64,000 nucleotides of DNA from an uncultured Bacteriovoracaceae bacterium (GTDB lineage Bacteria > Bdellovibrionota > UBA2428): contig CAYOWH010000003.1 of assembly GCA_964407615.1 (NCBI GenBank), positions 4,278 through 68,277 of the forward strand, given 5' to 3'. The notes under the pieces were generated by a model that saw only the letters and a list, made by a program, of their open reading frames with translations, was not told the origin of the DNA and did not search any database. The translations under genes were made by a program, and so were the position numbers. Below are positions 54,263 through 61,934 of this stretch, in pieces. Position 1 is the stretch's first letter. Every line of letters begins with the position of its first letter.

Positions 54263-55888
54263 TTAAATTGTTCCTTCTGCGTTGAGACTCACGCCGGTAG
54301 GCTGAATCACTTCAAGCACTCTTTGAAAGGTTGAATAAATTCTTTGAGTCACGTTGATATCGCCCTGAGAAGCAATCGTACGGCCACTTGCATTCAAGAC
54401 TTCTTTGATCTGGCCATTTGGATAGTAAGTCATTTTGATGAGGGCTACTTTTCCATCGTAATTTTTTTCTTTTACTTCTACGGGCAGCCCATCTGAGTTG
54501 TACTTAAAGTACAGACTTCTTTCGTTCCCTTCTCCTTTAAGAGGAGTTTCTTTTACAATTGTGATTCGGCCCTGAACATCATAAGTAAATTCCATTTTTA
54601 GTTTTTCAGAGTAATCCATCGCAGAAGAAAGATTCTGTCTTGAGTCATATGAATATTCGATTTTATATCCATCTTTTTCAAGTTTTGTGATTTTCTTATG
54701 AGAAGAATCATAAGCTAAATTAATAGCAGATCCGTTAGGAAAAGTTTTTTTCTTGAGAGTTCCATCTGCATAATATTCAAAGCTTGTTGAAGATTTTTTT
54801 CCAACAGGCTGAGTCCAAGCAAGATTCTTTGTAGGGTTACTTACTTCTGAAACAGTCCATTGAGTGATGGTGATGGGAGTTCCACAACATTCTGTGAGAA
54901 GAGTTTCTGTTGCTTGGTCATTGAAAGAAGAAACTGTTCTATATGCATAACGAGAAAGATCCTTACGCTTACGAAACTCATACCAGTAACGAGCAACCTC
55001 TTCTTTTCCTGTGCTATCTTTTCGAGATACGATTGTTCCAAAACGATTTTCAGGATCGAGACTATCTGTAAAATAATCATACTTGATAGAAGATCCATCA
55101 ATATCTTTAAACGCTGTGATCCAATCACGAACCTTGTTGTATTCCATTGCTTTGCTTGTGCCATTTCCATAGGATACTTTTGTCAAATTGTGCTGATCAT
55201 CATAACTATAGACATATCGGGCACCATCCATTGTGACAGCCGCGATCATGTCACCTGTTTTGCTATATTCGTAACTCGATTTCTTGTCGCCAGCTTTTAA
55301 AGACTTAATACGAACAAAGCCTGCAACATCTTCTGCACTTACAATCACTTGATTATTAAAGTTATCCTTGATTTTAGAAAGAACTCCTTTTTCGTAAGAG
55401 AGATCGATGGAATTTTTATTTGAATCTTGAATTTTTACAAGTTGCCCAGAGGTGTTAAATGTATAGGTTTTTCCAAGATTTCCTTGAAGCTGATAAAAAG
55501 TGACCTTTTCTTTGGTGACTTTTTTAATATTTTGAATTCCTAGTTGATTGTTTTCCCAAACATTATCGCTTTTAGTGGTAAAGCGTAAGACATTTCCTCC
55601 GCCACCTTCAAAATGAACAATATCTTTATTCTCAAATTTCAAATAAGAATCGAGTTCGCTTGACCAACCTACCCCAAATTTTCCAGAAATATAGCTCGAT
55701 CGACTATTGTAAGTACGTGTGACCTCAATGGGAAGTCCAGGTGTAAAAATAGCAAAATCTGTATATGTGATATAAAAATTACCGTTATTAACGTTAACCC
55801 CTGCTTGAGTTTTTTGAATAGAACTCACAAATAAAGTTAAAAAAAGTGCTTTAAAAAAAGCAGCGTGCTTCACCATCTTACGCTCCAT
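54263..55888 (-). CDS. Secreted YD/RHS-repeat protein, short, without recognisable C-terminal toxin
   Basis: It has a signal peptide and an Rhs-type N-terminal plug pattern ([39 protein letters not shown]). Multiple YD repeats follow (YEYSKTGDM, YSYDDQHNLTKVSY, YSYDSRQNL, FTYDVQGRI, FKYNSDGLP). Confidence 0.8.
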   Translation of the reverse strand: MERKMVKHAAFFKALFLTLFVSSIQKTQAGVNVNNGNFYITYTDFAIFTPGLPIEVTRTYNSRSSYISGKFGVGWSSELDSYLKFENKDIVHFEGGGGNVLRFTTKSDNVWENNQLGIQNIKKVTKEKVTFYQLQGNLGKTYTFNTSGQLVKIQDSNKNSIDLSYEKGVLSKIKDNFNNQVIVSAEDVAGFVRIKSLKAGDKKSSYEYSKTGDMIAAVTMDGARYVYSYDDQHNLTKVSYGNGTSKAMEYNKVRDWITAFKDIDGSSIKYDYFTDSLDPENRFGTIVSRKDSTGKEEVARYWYEFRKRKDLSRYAYRTVSSFNDQATETLLTECCGTPITITQWTVSEVSNPTKNLAWTQPVGKKSSTSFEYYADGTLKKKTFPNGSAINLAYDSSHKKITKLEKDGYKIEYSYDSRQNLSSAMDYSEKLKMEFTYDVQGRITIVKETPLKGEGNERSLYFKYNSDGLPVEVKEKNYDGKVALIKMTYYPNGQIKEVLNASGRTIASQGDINVTQRIYSTFQRVLEVIQPTGVSLNAEGTI

Positions 55889-56049
55889 GATTCGAGTTTA
55901 ACGAGAAAGACGCTTCATAAAGTGTCAAAAAAAAATTAAGTCGCTCTTAACAATTGACCAAACTTTAGACACTTAAAGGTTGCCTCTATCAGCTAAAAAG
56001 CTTTATGAGAGTCAAAATCACGGCATATTTCATGCAACCAAATACATGA

Positions 56050-56442
56050 ATGCAAAGATTAACTTCATCCAGACTATTTTTAACAATCATGGGGTTCCTT
56101 GTTTTCTGTATTTCACAAACAAGCCAAGCCCAAAGTACAAATCGTTATAATCCTTACTCAATGCCGGGAGGATATCCTCAGGCTCAGTTCCAAAACATGT
56201 ACGGATATGGCAATCCTTCTTTTGGCGGGGGTTCTGCTCCTTTCATAGGAGAAAACGTCTCTAATGAAGCCGCAATCATTAACTGCCGTTGCGCAAGCCT
56301 AGCTTTAGAAGGCCGAGAAAATGAAGATTTAAGCTGCGCAAACTTTAAAAACTTATATCAAAGACAGATCATGGGCTCTAGCTCCATGGGCATCATCAAC
56401 GCTCCTGCGCAAATACCAGGTCAAACGCCTGGACATAGATAA
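56050..56442 (+). CDS. Secreted Gln/Gly/Pro/Tyr-rich small protein with a three-Cys central segment
   Basis: It has a signal peptide (FLVFCISQTSQA) and low-complexity ends (NRYNPYSMPGGYPQAQFQNMYGYGNPSFGGG ... NAPAQIPGQTPGHR). It is transcribed divergently from the YD gene. Confidence 0.5.
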   Translation: MQRLTSSRLFLTIMGFLVFCISQTSQAQSTNRYNPYSMPGGYPQAQFQNMYGYGNPSFGGGSAPFIGENVSNEAAIINCRCASLALEGRENEDLSCANFKNLYQRQIMGSSSMGIINAPAQIPGQTPGHR

Positions 56443-56444
56443 AA

Positions 56445-56669
56445 TTAGCGAGCCGACTCAGGTCGACTGGTTTCTTTGGAAAGGCCAAAGCGACCACCCA
56501 CCCATTTAAAGGGAGCCGTTAGCGTTGCCCATCCTGCTTGGAAATTTTCGGAATTTACAGCCTTATGATAATAATTCTCAAGACTGATCCCATTCCACCT
56601 GAGCTGACCAATCAAAGTCAAAACAAGCAAAAAAAACAAAAGTTTAGCTATAAATTTAGGGGCCCCCAT
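56445..56669 (-). CDS. Small hypothetical membrane-anchored protein
   Basis: It has a single N-terminal TM helix (LLFFLLVLTLIGQL) and a Trp-rich remainder. I recognise no family. Confidence 0.3.
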   Translation of the reverse strand: MGAPKFIAKLLFFLLVLTLIGQLRWNGISLENYYHKAVNSENFQAGWATLTAPFKWVGGRFGLSKETSRPESAR

Positions 56670-56759
56670 AGGAGCCAGTATAATGATAAGTTTTGATATT
56701 CTGCAAGTCAGAGCGATAGAATTTGCCCTCGCGGTGCCCTGCCTGATAATGTTTGCGGC

Positions 56760-58070
56760 ATGAATCCTACACTCTACGTTGAAGATATTTTCAGAGGAAA
56801 AATTGCCGCTGGTGAAGAAGGCACACTCAATGGCTGGGTTTACAATTCTCGATCAAGCGGCAAAGTAAAATTCCTTATGCTGCGCGACGGAACCGGAACC
56901 ATTCAATGTGTATTTTTTAAAGGTGGCTGCGAAGAAGAAAGCTTTGCTAATTTTGACAAACTCACTCAAGAAACATCCGTGACCATCAAAGGAAAAATTG
57001 CTCCGGCACCCAAAGCTCCAGGAGGATTTGAAATCAGTGGAGTGAGTTTTTCAATTGTAAGCGAAGCAAAAGACTACCCCATCACTCCCAAAGAGCATGG
57101 ACCTGCTTTTTTACAAGACCACAGACATTTATGGATTCGCTCAAAACGTCAACATGCGATTTTAAGGATTCGCTCAGAAATTATTCATGCAGCTCGAAAT
57201 TTTTTTGATGAGCGTGGATTTGTTTGCTTCGACGCCCCCATCTTTACTCCCAACGCGTGCGAGGGAACCACCAATCTTTTTGAAGTGAATTATTTTGATG
57301 ATGCCAAAGCTTATCTCACTCAAAGCGGACAGCTTTATGGTGAAGCAGGCGCAAAAGCCTTTGGGAAAGTTTATGTTTTTGGACCCACTTTTCGCGCAGA
57401 AAAATCTAAAACACGTCGACACCTCACAGAATTTTGGATGCTTGAACCAGAAGTAGCCTTCATGGATCTCGAAGGCGACATGAAGCTTGCCGAAGACATG
57501 ATCGGTCATATTGTTCAAAGTGTTTTGAAAAACAAAAAACGTGAGCTTCAAGACCTAGAACGTGACCCCGCAATCCTTGAAAAAATTGTTCCACCCTTTC
57601 CTCGTATCCACTACAAAGAAGCGGCTGAAATTCTTGAAAAAGAAAGTAAAGATAATTTCAAAAAGGGAATGGATTTTGGAGGGGGAGATGAAACCATTCT
57701 TGCTTCAAAATTCGATAAGCCTGTTTTCGTTCACGGCTTTCCCACAGCTATCAAAGCTTTTTACATGAAAGAAGATCCTCGCGATCCACAGTACACGTGC
57801 TCGATGGACCTTCTAGCTCCTGAGGGTTACGGAGAAATCATAGGGGGAGGACAGCGTGAAGAAAGCATCGAAGTGCTACTCAAAAAAATCAATGAACACG
57901 GGCTCGATCCAAAAGTTTTTGAATGGTATCTGGATCTTCGTCGCTATGGTTCAAGCCCCAGCGCGGGATTTGGCCTTGGAATTGAGCGTCTGACAGCGTG
58001 GATTTGCGGAGTTGAACACGTGAGAGAGTGCATTCCCTTTCCTCGAATGCTTTACAGATTAAGTCCCTAA
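56760..58070 (+). CDS. asnS: Asparagine--tRNA ligase
   Basis: It is class IIb, with an OB-fold N-terminus ([24 protein letters not shown]). Motif 2 context is [24 protein letters not shown] and motif 3 is GFGLGIERL. Confidence 0.88.
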   Translation: MNPTLYVEDIFRGKIAAGEEGTLNGWVYNSRSSGKVKFLMLRDGTGTIQCVFFKGGCEEESFANFDKLTQETSVTIKGKIAPAPKAPGGFEISGVSFSIVSEAKDYPITPKEHGPAFLQDHRHLWIRSKRQHAILRIRSEIIHAARNFFDERGFVCFDAPIFTPNACEGTTNLFEVNYFDDAKAYLTQSGQLYGEAGAKAFGKVYVFGPTFRAEKSKTRRHLTEFWMLEPEVAFMDLEGDMKLAEDMIGHIVQSVLKNKKRELQDLERDPAILEKIVPPFPRIHYKEAAEILEKESKDNFKKGMDFGGGDETILASKFDKPVFVHGFPTAIKAFYMKEDPRDPQYTCSMDLLAPEGYGEIIGGGQREESIEVLLKKINEHGLDPKVFEWYLDLRRYGSSPSAGFGLGIERLTAWICGVEHVRECIPFPRMLYRLSP

Positions 58071-58088
58071 AGAAATTGGAGTTTTAAA

Positions 58089-60155
58089 ATGCGTTATTCT
58101 TTATTTTCATTAACCTTTCTTAGTTTTTTATCTTTTGGAGAAATTATTTTTCCCTCTTTTCCCAAAACTGAAGATGAAATTGAAAGCTTAGGAAAAACAG
58201 CCCACGACCTTCTTGAAAAAAGCTATGATCAAGTCGCAGCCACCTCTCTCAATGAATTAAACTTTGAAAATACTTTTAAAAAACTCGATATCGCCGATGC
58301 TGATTTTGCTGCGATTACTTCCAAAATTAGCGTTCTCTCTTCTTTAAGCCCTGATGCAAAACTCAGAAAAAAAGCTTCGGATGTGAACGCAAACCTCAAT
58401 GCTTTTGCCTCAAATCTAAATCTAAGGACAGATGTCTTTCAGGTTTTAAAAAGCCTGAGTGAAAAACCTGAATTTCAAAAACTCAATTCAAACGATCAAC
58501 GTGTTGTAATTTTGTATTTGAGAAATTTTCGCAAATCTGGCGCTGAACAATCAGCTGAAAAAAGAAAAGAAATTGAAGAGCTTCAAAATCAACTTTCCTC
58601 CTTAACTTCACAATTTAGCCAAGCCTTGAGCGCAGCTGGCACCAAAACAACTTCTTTTTCCTTTGAAGAGACTTCCAATCTACCTCCTTTTGTTTTGAAA
58701 ATGATGGAAAAATTCAAAACAGATAAAGACTTTCAAATTCCAAACGGAAATCAAAATCTTCAGATTGCTATCGAAAACAATTCAGACAATTCTGCACTTC
58801 GAGAAAAAGTTTGGCAAATTCGACAAAGCTTTGCAAAAAACGAGACCCTCTCTCTTGCAACAAAAGTTATTAATACCCGAAAAGCTCTTGCAAAAGTGCT
58901 CGGATATAAAACTTTTGCTGATTTTCAAGTAGATGGAAGAATGGCTCAAAAAACAGAGAATATTTACAAACTTTACAACGAGCTTCTTCCCAAGCTCGAT
59001 AACCTTAAAGAAGTACAAAAACAAAGGCTTCTTGATTTTAAAAATTCCCTTACAAAAAACTCAAATCAAACTGAAAAAACTCTCTACCCCTGGGACGTGT
59101 CTTTCCTCGAGCAAAAAATTAAAGAGCGAGATTACAATATCGACCCCGAATCACTCAGGGCCTACTTTCCTCTTAAGAAAGTTACTGCTGGAACTTTTGC
59201 CGTTTACGGAAAGATTTTCGGTGTCACTTTTGAAAAATATTCTAAAAATTTTGATAAATGGATCGACTCTGTGGATCTTTACAAAGTCATTGACAACCAA
59301 AGCGGTCAAACCCTGGGACTTGTTTATCTCGATCTTATTGCTCGGCCCGAGCTAGGAAAAAGAAATGGTGCTTGGATGGGTGGCATTATTCCTCATCAAA
59401 CAATTGGAACAAAAGTCACACGACCCACGGTTCACGTTGTGACGAATCTAAGACCGCCTTTTAAAGGCGCAACAGACACCTATTTAAGCTTTGAAGAAAT
59501 GACCACTTTTTTCCACGAATTTGGCCACGCGGTTCACAATATATTTTCAGACGTTCCTCATTATTCCCTCTCACAAGATTCAGTGGCATGGGATTTCATA
59601 GAAACCCCCTCGCAAATGATGGAGGAATTTTTAGAGGACTATCAAATTATTTCTCAGCTCTCGTCTAAAGAAGATACCCAAGAACCCCTCCCAAAAGACA
59701 TTTTTGAAAAAGTCATCGCTTCTTCAAAAATCACCTCTGGATATCACTGGGCAAGGCAAGTGGCCTTGGGCAGAATGGATCTTTCTTACTATGACCGTCA
59801 AGTTGAGCTACCCGACCTCAGCGATCAAATGGTTTCAAAAATGTCAGATGAAGCTCTTAGTAATTACTGGCTACCCGTCCCAGAAAACACTGCTATGGTG
59901 ACTCGCTTTCAACATATTATTTCAGGTGGATATTCTGCAGGGTACTATGGTTATTTGTGGTCAAAAATCGTGGCTGCAGACTGTGCAAATCAATTTCGCT
60001 CTAGCCCAGAAGGATTTTTAAATCCCCTGGTCGGAAAAAAATGGCGCGACCAGGTTTTAGCTCGAGAAAATCAAGCGGAAGCCTCCGTTCTTGTCCGTGA
60101 TTTTTTGGGCCGAGATTATAACTCTGACGCTTTTATTAAAACACTTAATCGCTGA
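58089..60155 (+). CDS. Secreted M3-family zinc metallopeptidase (Dcp/oligopeptidase A-like)
   Basis: It has a signal-like N-terminus, an HEXXH motif in FFHEFGHAVH, and a downstream E in FIETPSQMMEEF. Confidence 0.85.
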   Translation: MRYSLFSLTFLSFLSFGEIIFPSFPKTEDEIESLGKTAHDLLEKSYDQVAATSLNELNFENTFKKLDIADADFAAITSKISVLSSLSPDAKLRKKASDVNANLNAFASNLNLRTDVFQVLKSLSEKPEFQKLNSNDQRVVILYLRNFRKSGAEQSAEKRKEIEELQNQLSSLTSQFSQALSAAGTKTTSFSFEETSNLPPFVLKMMEKFKTDKDFQIPNGNQNLQIAIENNSDNSALREKVWQIRQSFAKNETLSLATKVINTRKALAKVLGYKTFADFQVDGRMAQKTENIYKLYNELLPKLDNLKEVQKQRLLDFKNSLTKNSNQTEKTLYPWDVSFLEQKIKERDYNIDPESLRAYFPLKKVTAGTFAVYGKIFGVTFEKYSKNFDKWIDSVDLYKVIDNQSGQTLGLVYLDLIARPELGKRNGAWMGGIIPHQTIGTKVTRPTVHVVTNLRPPFKGATDTYLSFEEMTTFFHEFGHAVHNIFSDVPHYSLSQDSVAWDFIETPSQMMEEFLEDYQIISQLSSKEDTQEPLPKDIFEKVIASSKITSGYHWARQVALGRMDLSYYDRQVELPDLSDQMVSKMSDEALSNYWLPVPENTAMVTRFQHIISGGYSAGYYGYLWSKIVAADCANQFRSSPEGFLNPLVGKKWRDQVLARENQAEASVLVRDFLGRDYNSDAFIKTLNR

Positions 60156-60231
60156 GATTTTTTTGCCCAAGCTTTGAGCTCAGCATTAATTAGAGTGGAT
60201 ATTCTAAAAGCTCTAAGATAAAAGATGGATC

Positions 60232-61362
60232 ATGGCTGAAAATGAGTACGTCGGTGCAATTGATAAAGGACTTGAAGGCGTTGTTGCGTGTACAACCAAG
60301 GTCAGTAGCATTGTCAACGCCACTCTTTGCTACAGGGGTTATGAGATCGAAGATCTTGCTGAGAAATCAACTTTTGAAGAGGTCATATTTTTACTCTGGA
60401 ATAGCCGACTACCGTCAGCTGCGGAACTCTTAACCTTTAAGCAAGACCTTCACCGTGAAAGCGTCTTAGAAAGCTCCTACCTCAATCTCCTGAAAGAAGT
60501 TATGAGAGATTTACCCAAAGGCACTCATCCCATGGATTTCTTGCGAACAGCGATTTCTCTCTCTTCCTTTTACGATCAAGACGTCTCCGACGATAGCCCT
60601 CTTGCCGTCAAACGAAAGTCTCTAAGGCTCACTGCTAAAGTTGGATCTATTGTGGCGGCCTATGAGCGCATTCGTAACGGACTAGAACCTGTTGCGCCCA
60701 AGCCTGAAAAAAATCTTGCTTGGAATCTCCTTTATATGATGAGCGGCAAAGAACCCTCAGAAGAAATAGCTCGCATCATGGACGTTGCACTTATTCTTCA
60801 TGCAGATCACGAGCTCAATTGCAGCACGTTCACCACTCGAGTGATTTGCTCAAGTCTCTCGGATTTACACTCGGCTATTGTGGGAGCGATTGGTGCACTC
60901 AAGGGCCCTCTTCATGGGGGTGCCAACACAGCCGTTATTCAGATGCTTCAAGAAATTGGAAGCCTTGAAAATGCAAAGAAATTTGTAGTCGAAGCCCTCA
61001 CTCAAAAGAAAAAAGTTATGGGCATTGGTCATCGTGTTTATAAAAACGGAGATCCGCGCGCTAAGATCCTTAAAGTCTTTAGCGAAAAACTCACTCGTGT
61101 TGCAGGAAAACCTCATTACTATCAGATGAGTGATTTGATCGAAACTGAGATGCTTGAGAAAAAAGGACTTACTCCAAACGTAGATTTTTATTCAGCAACT
61201 GTTTACGATTCAATGGGAATCTCTGGCGATCTTTTTACTCCGATTTTTGTCGTAAGCCGAATGTCTGGATGGTGCGCTCATGCAATGGAACAATGGGAAA
61301 ACAATCGCATTTATCGCCCCCGTGGAGATTACAAAGGCGCAACAGGACTTAAACATCCTTAA
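60232..61362 (+). CDS. gltA: Citrate synthase (small dimeric type; a 2-methylcitrate synthase cannot be excluded)
   Basis: It has LILHADHELNCSTFT, GPLHGGAN, GHRVYKNGDPRA and NVDFYSA motifs. Confidence 0.88.
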   Translation: MAENEYVGAIDKGLEGVVACTTKVSSIVNATLCYRGYEIEDLAEKSTFEEVIFLLWNSRLPSAAELLTFKQDLHRESVLESSYLNLLKEVMRDLPKGTHPMDFLRTAISLSSFYDQDVSDDSPLAVKRKSLRLTAKVGSIVAAYERIRNGLEPVAPKPEKNLAWNLLYMMSGKEPSEEIARIMDVALILHADHELNCSTFTTRVICSSLSDLHSAIVGAIGALKGPLHGGANTAVIQMLQEIGSLENAKKFVVEALTQKKKVMGIGHRVYKNGDPRAKILKVFSEKLTRVAGKPHYYQMSDLIETEMLEKKGLTPNVDFYSATVYDSMGISGDLFTPIFVVSRMSGWCAHAMEQWENNRIYRPRGDYKGATGLKHP

Positions 61363-61379
61363 AGGCACAAACGAAAAAA

Positions 61380-61934
61380 TTATTTTTTAATCACTTCTGA
61401 CAGTACAATTTGAACGTTTTTAGCTCCAACTTTCACAGGGAGCGTCCCAAAAAGATCACCGGGCTGCCTTGCAAGCGGATCAAAAGACCCATCCTCTTTT
61501 TGCTGAATCACACGTACATTTAAATCCACAAAACCCTCAAGACGAGTTCCTTGCATCATCACGTTTTCTTGCGAAAGCCTGAAACGAAAAGGAAACTTTC
61601 TTGGTGTTAATCGCAAAACAGCAAGAGGAGGCCCACCTCCTCCAATAGGACGAGCAGATATAAAAATCATATACTTTTTTGCAGGAAGTTTAAGGCCAGC
61701 TTTTATATTGACGATTCCATGAATGGCTTCATCTTCTTGCTGTTTTCTGGATTGAGGATCAAAGCCTCCCAAAACTTCTTTGGTTGATTGGGCCTGCTGA
61801 AGACTCGTGGTTCTTCCAGTTGGGCCAGGAAATCTTTCTCGACTTGGTTTTTGCGAACAAGAAAGAAAAAATAAAAGAAGAAAAAAAGTTTGTATAATAT
61901 TTAAAAAAGATTTTCGAATGAAATTAACCCGCAT
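61380..61934 (-). CDS. Hypothetical lipoprotein with CcmI/CycH C-terminal-like segment
   Basis: It has a lipobox (LFFLSCSQ). The IFISARPIGGGGPPLAVLRLTPRKFPFRFRLSQENVMMQG...GDLFG pattern resembles the CcmI C-terminal domain, judged from memory only. Its start overlaps the alaS stop region. Confidence 0.4.
   Translation of the reverse strand: MRVNFIRKSFLNIIQTFFLLLFFLSCSQKPSRERFPGPTGRTTSLQQAQSTKEVLGGFDPQSRKQQEDEAIHGIVNIKAGLKLPAKKYMIFISARPIGGGGPPLAVLRLTPRKFPFRFRLSQENVMMQGTRLEGFVDLNVRVIQQKEDGSFDPLARQPGDLFGTLPVKVGAKNVQIVLSEVIKK

Noticed and set aside
54841-55300. 109-aa minus-strand and 146-aa plus-strand ORFs inside the YD-repeat gene
   Set aside because: They are alternative-frame or antisense ORFs within a gene whose YD-repeat periodicity clearly defines the real frame.
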